This document shows positions 1-7,386 of a stretch of DNA of 64,000 bases, one piece after another (position 1 is the first letter of the stretch; each line of letters opens with the position of its first letter). Source of the DNA: a virus; the IMG/VR virus record IMGVR_UViG_3300030098_003955. One strand, given 5' to 3'. Under the pieces are notes generated by a model. The model was not told where the DNA came from, ran no database searches, and saw only the letters and a program-made list of their open reading frames with translations. Both the position numbers and the translations under genes were made by a program.

Positions 1-147
1 CTCGCTGTTGACGATGCTGTTACTAACTGGACAAAATCTGGTGAGTTTGTCATTCTTCAAGGCTTTGTTGACTTCACTTCTAGTTCTACTAGTGGTGACG
101 GAACTGCTTCTGAAAACTTGATGGACTACAGTGATATCACTGGTTAG
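1..147 (+). CDS. 3' end of an upstream hypothetical protein (partial)
   Basis: Frame 1 is open from base 1 to TAG at 145-147 (LAVDDAVTNWTKSG...DYSDITG*) and is followed by a terminator. Confidence 0.7.
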   Translation, partial: LAVDDAVTNWTKSGEFVILQGFVDFTSSSTSGDGTASENLMDYSDITG

Positions 148-159
148 TTTTAACTAATT

Positions 160-194
160 GCTAGGGGCGTGCATTGCGCGCTCCTAGCTTTTTT
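160..194 (+). terminator. Rho-independent terminator
   Basis: GCTAGGGGCG...CGCTCCTAGC stem followed by TTTTTT. Confidence 0.8.
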
Positions 195-208
195 ATGGAG
201 TAGAACCG

Positions 209-559
209 ATGAAACCCCTGTTAGCACTTTTTCCTCCTCTTCTAGTTGCTGTTGGAGACATAATTCCAGCCAACTTTGATTGGGGTACAGTGTCTGCTAC
301 AGGATTGCTTGGATGGTATTTGTGGTACACCACTAAAATAATTTTTCCCGCACATCAAAAACAAGTTTCTGAGATGCAGGAATCTTTTAGTGAAGACTTT
401 AAGTCGCAAAGAAACCACTATGAAAGAATATTAGAAGACGTACAAGTTAGATATGATAGACAACACGAGGCAGACAAAGTACGAGTTGAGAAGCTATCAT
501 CCACTTTAGAAAAAATAAACCAAACCTTATCGGAAATGAACAACAATGAAAACTCTTAA
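209..559 (+). CDS. Membrane protein with C-terminal coiled coil (holin/BhlA-like architecture)
   Basis: GGAG RBS; hydrophobic N-terminal segments, then a charged heptad-like tail. Confidence 0.5.
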   Translation: MKPLLALFPPLLVAVGDIIPANFDWGTVSATGLLGWYLWYTTKIIFPAHQKQVSEMQESFSEDFKSQRNHYERILEDVQVRYDRQHEADKVRVEKLSSTLEKINQTLSEMNNNENS

Positions 560-785
560 AAACAAAAAAACGATTGCAGGCATAGTCTCCGTATTAATAG
601 CTTTGCTTGTTGCTATTTATCAGAACGGCGGGCTAGATGGAATTATTGTAAATGTTCCGGGATCTGATCCTATAGAGATTGAAGTCCCAGAAGCCTGCGA
701 AGAATGCGAAGAAGATTGCGAGTGCGACATTGAAGAAGGTGTTGCTGCTTGTGATGTTGGCTGTTCTTGTCCTGCTTGTGTCTAG
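546..785 (+). CDS. Small membrane-anchored protein with acidic Cys-rich tail
   Basis: Basic N-terminus, TM helix, then CEECEEDCEC...CDVGCSCPAC. Confidence 0.6.
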   Translation: MKTLKNKKTIAGIVSVLIALLVAIYQNGGLDGIIVNVPGSDPIEIEVPEACEECEEDCECDIEEGVAACDVGCSCPACV

Positions 786-800
786 CTAGAGGTAAAAAAA

Positions 801-1193
801 ATGAAATATCCAAAAATCAAAGCCGAATGGCGACCAATAGAAAATCCTGATATAAATGTCACAAGCCAAGAGTTAAAAATTTATGTCAACGGCTCGTTGA
901 GAGAAAAAAGAGTCTTTGATCGCTGGGCAAGTGAACATGAATTCTTTGTTCCAGCTTGGGATCAAAAAGGAAATCTTTTAGAAGACAGTACGAGAATTTA
1001 TTACACTGTCGAAGCCAAGACTGATAATTTTTCTTCTGAAGTTGTAGCATCTAACATAGTACAACTAGAAAGTATTTCTGTGACAGAAAAGCCAACGGAC
1101 TTGAAGGTGTCCGTCATGCCCTTTCCAGAATTTTATCAAGAGTTTAATCCGCAAGTTCCAAGAGACTATATTGTGGGTAGTGGAGTTTTTTAA
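801..1193 (+). CDS. Hypothetical protein (beta-rich, possibly Ig/FN3-like)
   Basis: AGAGGT RBS; alternating beta-strand pattern (YYTVEAK). Confidence 0.5.
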   Translation: MKYPKIKAEWRPIENPDINVTSQELKIYVNGSLREKRVFDRWASEHEFFVPAWDQKGNLLEDSTRIYYTVEAKTDNFSSEVVASNIVQLESISVTEKPTDLKVSVMPFPEFYQEFNPQVPRDYIVGSGVF

Positions 1194-2444
1194 ATGACTT
1201 GGCAGGACTTGCATGAACAGTCAATAATATTCGACTGGCACAATCATGGAACTCTTAAGAACTTTCTATTTGATCGCTCTTTAGACGGCAAAAACTCTAG
1301 ATTCTTATCTACTCTTTTTAAGAGAAGCTTTTGGCCTCTGAGTGAAAGAAACACCTTACCTAAAATGAAAGAGGGAGGACTAGATGTAGTCCTCTCTACT
1401 TCATACATTCCAGAAATAGAATGGATAGATGACCAGTGGCTAATAAAGTTGCTGAAGTATATATACCCATCGGTCAACAAAAGAGTGTTTCAGCCTACCT
1501 ATTTCGATGCAACAAACGCCATGATGGATCGAATGGAGAAAGAAGTAGAAAACTATAATAAAATTTCTTTGATGTTAAGTTCTGACCACAAATTCAAATT
1601 TGTTAAAAACGTCAAAGAGTTAGAAGAAGCCATTGTAAATGGCGACACTGCCATGATCCATGCAATTGAAGGTGGTCACTCCCTCAACGGCGAGCTTGCT
1701 AAAAAAAGAGTTGACGAATCGACGGCTATGAAACCTTTTGTTAGAGAAGAAATACACTCTAACCTAGAACATTTTTATAATAGGGGAGTAGCATACCTGA
1801 CTTTAGCCCATTTCTACCCTAACCATCTAGTCAGTCCAGTATTCCCTTATCCAGAGTATGGCATTAAGAAGAGTAACTGGAAGAAACTAATGGCTGGTTG
1901 GGATATGAATAAAGGACTCACGCCTACAGGCAAAAGCGTAGTTGGAGCCATGAAAGAAATGGGGATGATAATAGACATTAGCCACTGTACCCCAAAGGCA
2001 AGGCAGGAAGTGTATGACATTGTAGGAAATGACAAGTCAAAAGTCATTGCAAGCCATGTTGGTTCCTTCTCAATAAATCCAGACCCCTATAATTTGGAAG
2101 ACTGGGAAATAAGATGGCTAGCAGAGCATGAATGTTTAATTGGATTGATACTAATGAACTACTGGATCAGTCCGATTGACTCAGCGTTAGGCTTAAAACA
2201 CATAGAAAGAACAATAGACCATATAATAAATATAGCTGGTGATGAAGTCTTAGCTATTGGTACAGACTTCGATGGGTTTACAGACCCTCCAGATGAGATA
2301 ACAGACATATCTGAACTACCTAGACTGACTAGATACCTATCTTCTTTCATGTCTGGCATATCAGAAAGAAAATACTCAGACCAAACAATCGCAAACTTAC
2401 TTGGAAGAAATTCCCTTAAATTCATATTAGAGGCTTGGAAATAA
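1194..2444 (+). CDS. Membrane/renal dipeptidase family (peptidase M19) Zn metallo-dipeptidase
   Basis: Motifs DWHNH, AIEGGH, YLTLAH, IIDISH, IASH, AIGTDFDG, LLGRN. Confidence 0.88.
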   Translation: MTWQDLHEQSIIFDWHNHGTLKNFLFDRSLDGKNSRFLSTLFKRSFWPLSERNTLPKMKEGGLDVVLSTSYIPEIEWIDDQWLIKLLKYIYPSVNKRVFQPTYFDATNAMMDRMEKEVENYNKISLMLSSDHKFKFVKNVKELEEAIVNGDTAMIHAIEGGHSLNGELAKKRVDESTAMKPFVREEIHSNLEHFYNRGVAYLTLAHFYPNHLVSPVFPYPEYGIKKSNWKKLMAGWDMNKGLTPTGKSVVGAMKEMGMIIDISHCTPKARQEVYDIVGNDKSKVIASHVGSFSINPDPYNLEDWEIRWLAEHECLIGLILMNYWISPIDSALGLKHIERTIDHIINIAGDEVLAIGTDFDGFTDPPDEITDISELPRLTRYLSSFMSGISERKYSDQTIANLLGRNSLKFILEAWK

Positions 2445-3502
2445 TGTTTTTTAAAGATAATGAATACACTAAGGCTTTGAGTGATTATATTGCTTTAGGC
2501 TTTGAAGAAGAAATTACAGAAGACAACTTCGTAATCCCAACAGAAGCAGATTATGTTGACTTTGGGGAAGAAACCGAAGACTGGGATATTGCTCAGGCAA
2601 AGCCCGGCCTTTGGGAAAATATCCGAAGAAAGAAAGAGAGAGAAGGCAAAAACTACAAGCCTGCTAAGACCGAAAAAGAAGGCAGGCCAAGTCAAGAAGA
2701 GCTGAAGAAAGCTCAATCTGACAAGCCTTCTAAAAATGACCCTCGTAGGACTCCCGCTCCAAAAAAAGACCAGAAGAAAGGGTCTAAGAAAAACAAACCA
2801 GACAGCGCAAAGAACCCAAGCGGCAAAATAACTTTTAGCAAAGAAGTCACTAAGCAGTTGTCAAACAAAGTCAGAGAACACAATTCAAAAAGCAAAGGTT
2901 CTAAGGCTACGCTCGGTATGCTTAAAGCTGTTTATCGCAGAGGTGCTGGTGCGTACTCGACTAGTCACGCCCCTAAAATGAGTCGCCATGGTTGGGCTAT
3001 TGCTAGAGTAAATGCTTTTTTAACTTTACTTAGAACTGGCAAACCTTCTAACTCTGCTTATACTCAAGACAATGACCTTTTACCAAAAGGCCATCCAAGA
3101 AAGTCTAAAGCTAGCATTATTGAAAGAGTTACAGATGGTTATGCGGCTACTCAAAGTGGCATGAGTGACAAGCAAAAGAAGACACTTGATAAAAACAAAG
3201 ATGGTAAAGTTACGAAAGAAGACTTTGAACTTCTTCGCAAGAAGAAAGAGTCAGAAGGCTCTGAATATCAGGGAAGAAAAGTTAAACTTAACAAGCCATT
3301 CAGAACTCCCGACGGCCCAAAGAAGTTTTCCGTTTATGTTAAGAACGAAAAAGGGAATGTCGTTAAGGTAAACTTTGGTGATCCAAATATGGAGATTAAG
3401 CGAGACGATCCTGCCAGAAGGAAGAGTTTTAGAGCTAGACATAAGTGCGCAACTCCCGGCCCAAAATGGAAGGCAAGATATTGGTCTTGTAAAAAGTGGT
3501 AA
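2444..3502 (+). CDS. Lys/Arg-rich modular viral protein with EF-hand-like loop
   Basis: TAATG-coupled start at 2444; modules VYRRGAGAY/WAIARVNAFL and KVNFGDP...SFRARHKC...ARYWSC of the kind seen in marine viral hypotheticals; DKNKDGKVTKED loop. Confidence 0.65.
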   Translation: MFFKDNEYTKALSDYIALGFEEEITEDNFVIPTEADYVDFGEETEDWDIAQAKPGLWENIRRKKEREGKNYKPAKTEKEGRPSQEELKKAQSDKPSKNDPRRTPAPKKDQKKGSKKNKPDSAKNPSGKITFSKEVTKQLSNKVREHNSKSKGSKATLGMLKAVYRRGAGAYSTSHAPKMSRHGWAIARVNAFLTLLRTGKPSNSAYTQDNDLLPKGHPRKSKASIIERVTDGYAATQSGMSDKQKKTLDKNKDGKVTKEDFELLRKKKESEGSEYQGRKVKLNKPFRTPDGPKKFSVYVKNEKGNVVKVNFGDPNMEIKRDDPARRKSFRARHKCATPGPKWKARYWSCKKW

Positions 3503-3503
3503 T

Positions 3504-3788
3504 ATGTCCAATAATAGACTACAGAAGATTATCGAAAAGCGTCGTCAAAGACATCAGCAAAAGATGGATAAGAAGGACGCAAAAGAAGAAAAGAAAGAAA
3601 ACAGAAGAAACTTTGTCATAGAGCGAATACACTCGGTCAAAGAAAAGTTTTATGCTGTTGCGGCCAAAAGGAAGTGGTTGTTTCTTATTATTGTTGCAGC
3701 TATAATTGCATACTTAGTTATCTTTAAGGGTGGGTTTAGTCTCGGAGGAGGCGGCGGCGTACTCGAAAAGATAAAAACATTTTTTTGA
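3504..3788 (+). CDS. Basic membrane protein
   Basis: ATG at 3504 directly after the previous stop; basic coiled region, then TM helix WLFLIIVAAIIAYLVIF. Confidence 0.6.
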   Translation: MSNNRLQKIIEKRRQRHQQKMDKKDAKEEKKENRRNFVIERIHSVKEKFYAVAAKRKWLFLIIVAAIIAYLVIFKGGFSLGGGGGVLEKIKTFF

Positions 3789-3802
3789 TTTAGGAGATTA
3801 AA

Positions 3803-3985
3803 ATGGAAAAGCTAAAAGCTTTATGGAAAAGTCGCCGCTTTTGGACTGCCGTAGGCGGTGTTGTTGTAGTGGCACTTCAGGACACTATCGGAATTGACCC
3901 AGAAGCAACCAACAGAATCGTTGCTTTGGCCGTAGCTTGGATTGTTGGAGACTCACTTAGAGTCACTGACTCTGGCGGCGAATAG
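3803..3985 (+). CDS. Small 2-TM holin-like protein
   Basis: AGGAG RBS; KSRRFW followed by two hydrophobic helices, 60 aa. Confidence 0.6.
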   Translation: MEKLKALWKSRRFWTAVGGVVVVALQDTIGIDPEATNRIVALAVAWIVGDSLRVTDSGGE

Positions 3986-4102
3986 AAATACAATAGGCGA
4001 AAAAAGTTTTACATGTATTGCCTGCCCCACATGTAAAATTGTGCAACTCTTTCACTACCCCAACCTTTTGCGCCGCCTATTATTTTTTACTAAGGATTGG
4101 AA

Positions 4103-4396
4103 ATGAAGAAGAAAGACTATCAAGTAGTAGTATTTGTTGCAGATTGGTGTCCTCATTGTAAAAACATGAAGAACAATCAGTGGGTACAGGAAGATGTCTT
4201 AGAAGAGGTTAAGCCATATCATGGTGGCAAGCCTGTATTCGTTTCTTGCAACAAACCTCAAAATCAACATCTCTCACAAGAGTTCAGCATTGAATCTTAC
4301 CCAACCGTTGTGATTATGGACGAAGATCACAATGTAAAAAAAAGGGGTAATAACATGAGTGCTGATAAACTTATTGAGTTCTTAAAGGATTTCTAA
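4103..4396 (+). CDS. trxA: Thioredoxin
   Basis: FVADWCPHC active site; cis-Pro motif YPT. Confidence 0.85.
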   Translation: MKKKDYQVVVFVADWCPHCKNMKNNQWVQEDVLEEVKPYHGGKPVFVSCNKPQNQHLSQEFSIESYPTVVIMDEDHNVKKRGNNMSADKLIEFLKDF

Positions 4397-5415
4397 TGTC
4401 CTCACCAAAAGTTCTAATAACAGGAGCTTCTGGTTTTATAGGCAGGCATCTTTACGAAAAACTATCTTCCCAAAGAGAAAATATAGTTGGGGTTGGTGGC
4501 TTCAGAGATGGCGTTGACCTTGTTCTAGAAGCTAATGTCGGATATATATTTGACCAGCACAAGCCGGATGTGGTTATTCATTTAGCGGGAAGATGGAGAG
4601 GTATAGAAATGTATCTCAAAAATCCTGCCGGACTGATATATGACAACATGTGGATGTCTATGCGTATTATGGAAGAGGCTAGACAATCAGGTTGCTCTAG
4701 ATTTATCACCATAGGAGACATAAGTTGCTATCCAGAAAATTGTCCTCTGCCATTCTCAGAAAAAGATCTATGGAACGGAAGGCCTACAGAGGTTGAGTCT
4801 TCTTATGCTATTTATAAAAGAGTATTGATGGAGCTAAATGACTGCTTTGAAAAACAGTTTGAAGGCTTTAGTTCTACGAATGTTATTTTGTCTAATGTTT
4901 ATGGCGGAGGTGATGAAAGACAATTCAATCCTAAGTTTAGCAAAATAGTCCCAATGCTCATCTCGAACATACAACTGGCTAAAGACAAAGGATATTCTCA
5001 GATAGAATTTGGGGGCGATGAAGATGCAACGCATGATCTCCTATACATAGATGATGCAGTTGATGGAATAATCTCTGTTCTAGATTCTGAGTTAGACTTA
5101 GGGACAATCAACATAGGTAGTGGATCTGAAGTATCGCACAAAGATCTTATAGAAATCATATCTGATATTTGCGGATATGATGGGGATGTTGTTTGGTCGA
5201 AAAAGCAAATCATACAAAGAAAAAGAAATCAGCTAGACATAAGCAAGGCGCAAGACCTTTTGAAATTCATGCCAAGAGTGGGTATAAACCAAGGCTTGCA
5301 AGAAACATATGACTGGTCTATCAAAAAATTTACGTACAAGCCTCGTAAGTATGAGGACGTTCCTCCTATAGGTGTCGCATTAGATGATCCAAACATTCGT
5401 CCTGTCCAAAAATAG
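4396..5415 (+). CDS. NAD-dependent epimerase/reductase, GDP-L-fucose synthase-like
   Basis: TGASGFIG, VIHLAG, SCYP, YAIYK, NVYG, LYIDD, INIGSG. Confidence 0.85.
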   Translation: MSSPKVLITGASGFIGRHLYEKLSSQRENIVGVGGFRDGVDLVLEANVGYIFDQHKPDVVIHLAGRWRGIEMYLKNPAGLIYDNMWMSMRIMEEARQSGCSRFITIGDISCYPENCPLPFSEKDLWNGRPTEVESSYAIYKRVLMELNDCFEKQFEGFSSTNVILSNVYGGGDERQFNPKFSKIVPMLISNIQLAKDKGYSQIEFGGDEDATHDLLYIDDAVDGIISVLDSELDLGTINIGSGSEVSHKDLIEIISDICGYDGDVVWSKKQIIQRKRNQLDISKAQDLLKFMPRVGINQGLQETYDWSIKKFTYKPRKYEDVPPIGVALDDPNIRPVQK

Positions 5416-6244
5416 ACCGGCACAACTACATCTATTGCTTGAAAGCATCTATAAGAATTCGGGCAACCAGTTCAAGGTAAATGTAATCTATAGCTCGTCA
5501 ACGAACGAGATAGACTCAGGATATACATTACTTCAAGAAAGATTCTTTAACAAAAACCACAATTCGCTAAGGTCGCCAATATCTTGGACAGTTTCTAAAA
5601 ACACAAAAGAAAGCCTGCTAGAAGCGATTGATTCTAATCATGAGTTCTGCTGCTTCTTTGTTGACGACAATATTGTCTTTAACACACTCCCAACATACAA
5701 AGAAGTTTCAAAGCTGTTTTCTGACGACCAACTGTTTTCTATATCAACAAAGATAGGAAACAACACGGTAATACAAGATCCATATTCGTTTTATAGATCT
5801 GAATATTTTGTAGACATACCATCCTCTGGTGAGTTTTTGTTGGACAAATATTTAGTCTGGGATGCAACTCAAGTAAAACCATACACACTTTTCTCGCTAC
5901 CATTGTCTTTTGACGGTCATATATACAGAACTAAGACAATAAAGAAAATAATTGAAGAAGTTGACTTTGTTGATCCTTCGGGATTTGAAGAAAACTCACA
6001 GACAATGCTTTACAACTCTTCATTTTCATTTGCACCTCCTGTGAAGATGGCGTGCCCAGAATACAGCGCAGCAATAAAAAACACCATAGATAAAATTACA
6101 GACCATCCTCCAACTAACTTTGATTGCTTTGAAGATGGTATAAATTCCAGATATATAACCGGATATAAAATAGACTACAGCTACTACGATTTTGGCTCTA
6201 TATCTATGCCATACGAAAGATTCTTAACAAGGTTTGTTAAATGA
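5384..6244 (+). CDS. Putative GT-A glycosyltransferase-like protein
   Basis: SKNRPAQLHLLLES start, FFVDD motif; lies next to a sugar epimerase. Confidence 0.5.
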   Translation: MIQTFVLSKNRPAQLHLLLESIYKNSGNQFKVNVIYSSSTNEIDSGYTLLQERFFNKNHNSLRSPISWTVSKNTKESLLEAIDSNHEFCCFFVDDNIVFNTLPTYKEVSKLFSDDQLFSISTKIGNNTVIQDPYSFYRSEYFVDIPSSGEFLLDKYLVWDATQVKPYTLFSLPLSFDGHIYRTKTIKKIIEEVDFVDPSGFEENSQTMLYNSSFSFAPPVKMACPEYSAAIKNTIDKITDHPPTNFDCFEDGINSRYITGYKIDYSYYDFGSISMPYERFLTRFVK

Positions 6245-7182
6245 AGGTAGTTTGCACAACAGTTATAAGATCGGTAAGCCCTGAAGAAACTCATGGTGGC
6301 ATCTATATAGTTGATATGGATGATGGAAGGATACTTGAGTACAGACCATATCAAGGTGATATAAGAAACGACAATGAGAGAGGCGGCGAAAGAGGACTAA
6401 GAGGAATACAAGTTCTTGATGATAGTATCATAGTAGCTGATTCATCTGGACTAAGCAGATTTTCAAAAGACCTACAGCTTATAGAAAAGGTCACAAACAG
6501 AGATGTATTCCATTCAATACATGAGATATGTTTATTTGATGGAGACCTGTGGGTAACTTCTACAAGATATGACTCTATCGTTAGGGTTGGGCTAGACTTT
6601 TCTATAAAAGATTTTTATTCAATACAAGGTCATCCAATTAGTGATGGTAAAGTCCTTACTGGAAAGACGAGCATCGAGCATGGGACTGCCGACGACTCTG
6701 ATGAATATCATATAAACTCTATATCCGCAAACAATGGAAGATTAGTAATCAGCGGACTCACGACTGGGCTATACGACCTTTCAAATTTTGAGATGGTGGC
6801 CGATATGCCTTGGGTTCCTGTAGATCATAATGGGCAGAAGATGAGGACAAGGAGTTTTCTGCATAACTATTACGAGTACGAAGATATAAATGTGGTAAAC
6901 CTAACTCACTTTTCTTCTGTTATGATCTTTGATAAAAAAGAAAATTCTGCTGGATTTGCTCAACTACCCCCTGTTCAAAACATTAAGCATGACGATAATG
7001 ACAATATCGCAAAGGCGGGCTGGAACAGAGGCATGACAAGAAATGGCAATTTTCTTTTAGTGGGTAGTTCACCAGCCAGCATTTATGTGCTAGACTTGGG
7101 GTCTAAAACTTTTCATAAGCAGGTTTCTCTAGAGATGGATACAAGACACGCCATACACGGCTTAGAGATATTAGAAAAATAG
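6241..7182 (+). CDS. Beta-propeller protein (DUF4915/TIGR03032-like)
   Basis: GLRGI, YHINSI, GWNRGM, LLVGSS repeated blade motifs. Confidence 0.55.
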   Translation: MKVVCTTVIRSVSPEETHGGIYIVDMDDGRILEYRPYQGDIRNDNERGGERGLRGIQVLDDSIIVADSSGLSRFSKDLQLIEKVTNRDVFHSIHEICLFDGDLWVTSTRYDSIVRVGLDFSIKDFYSIQGHPISDGKVLTGKTSIEHGTADDSDEYHINSISANNGRLVISGLTTGLYDLSNFEMVADMPWVPVDHNGQKMRTRSFLHNYYEYEDINVVNLTHFSSVMIFDKKENSAGFAQLPPVQNIKHDDNDNIAKAGWNRGMTRNGNFLLVGSSPASIYVLDLGSKTFHKQVSLEMDTRHAIHGLEILEK

Positions 7183-7225
7183 CTCGGTCTTACCTATCCT
7201 AAAAAAATATACAGAGTAAATATGG

Positions 7226-7234
7226 GTGTATAAT
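7226..7234 (+). promoter_or_regulatory. Candidate promoter (GTGTATAAT) upstream of nrdA
   Basis: TATAAT hexamer in an intergenic gap; the GTGTATA core recurs upstream of the 46184 gene. Confidence 0.45.
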
Positions 7235-7257
7235 ATGGTGTCGGACAGTTTGAGCCT

Positions 7258-7380
7258 CTTTCAAAAAGCGGCTGGAGCGACACAAGTTCGACAAGCTACC
7301 ATGCACCAAGTGAAAAGTTTAACATCTTGTGTTTTGTAAATATATTACTTGGTTTTGAAGTGTCGCTCTTTTTTTGAAAG
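7258..7380 (+). ncRNA. Candidate structured 5' leader of nrdA
   Basis: Nested complementarity: CTTTCAAAAA/TTTTTGAAAG, GAGCGACAC/GTGTCGCTC, ACCAAGT/ACTTGGT. Confidence 0.5.
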
Positions 7381-7386
7381 TTAAGA

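Noticed and set aside
7240-7386. Cobalamin riboswitch upstream of nrdA
   Set aside because: Conserved B12-box and GGGAA elements are not seen; retained only as an unknown structure
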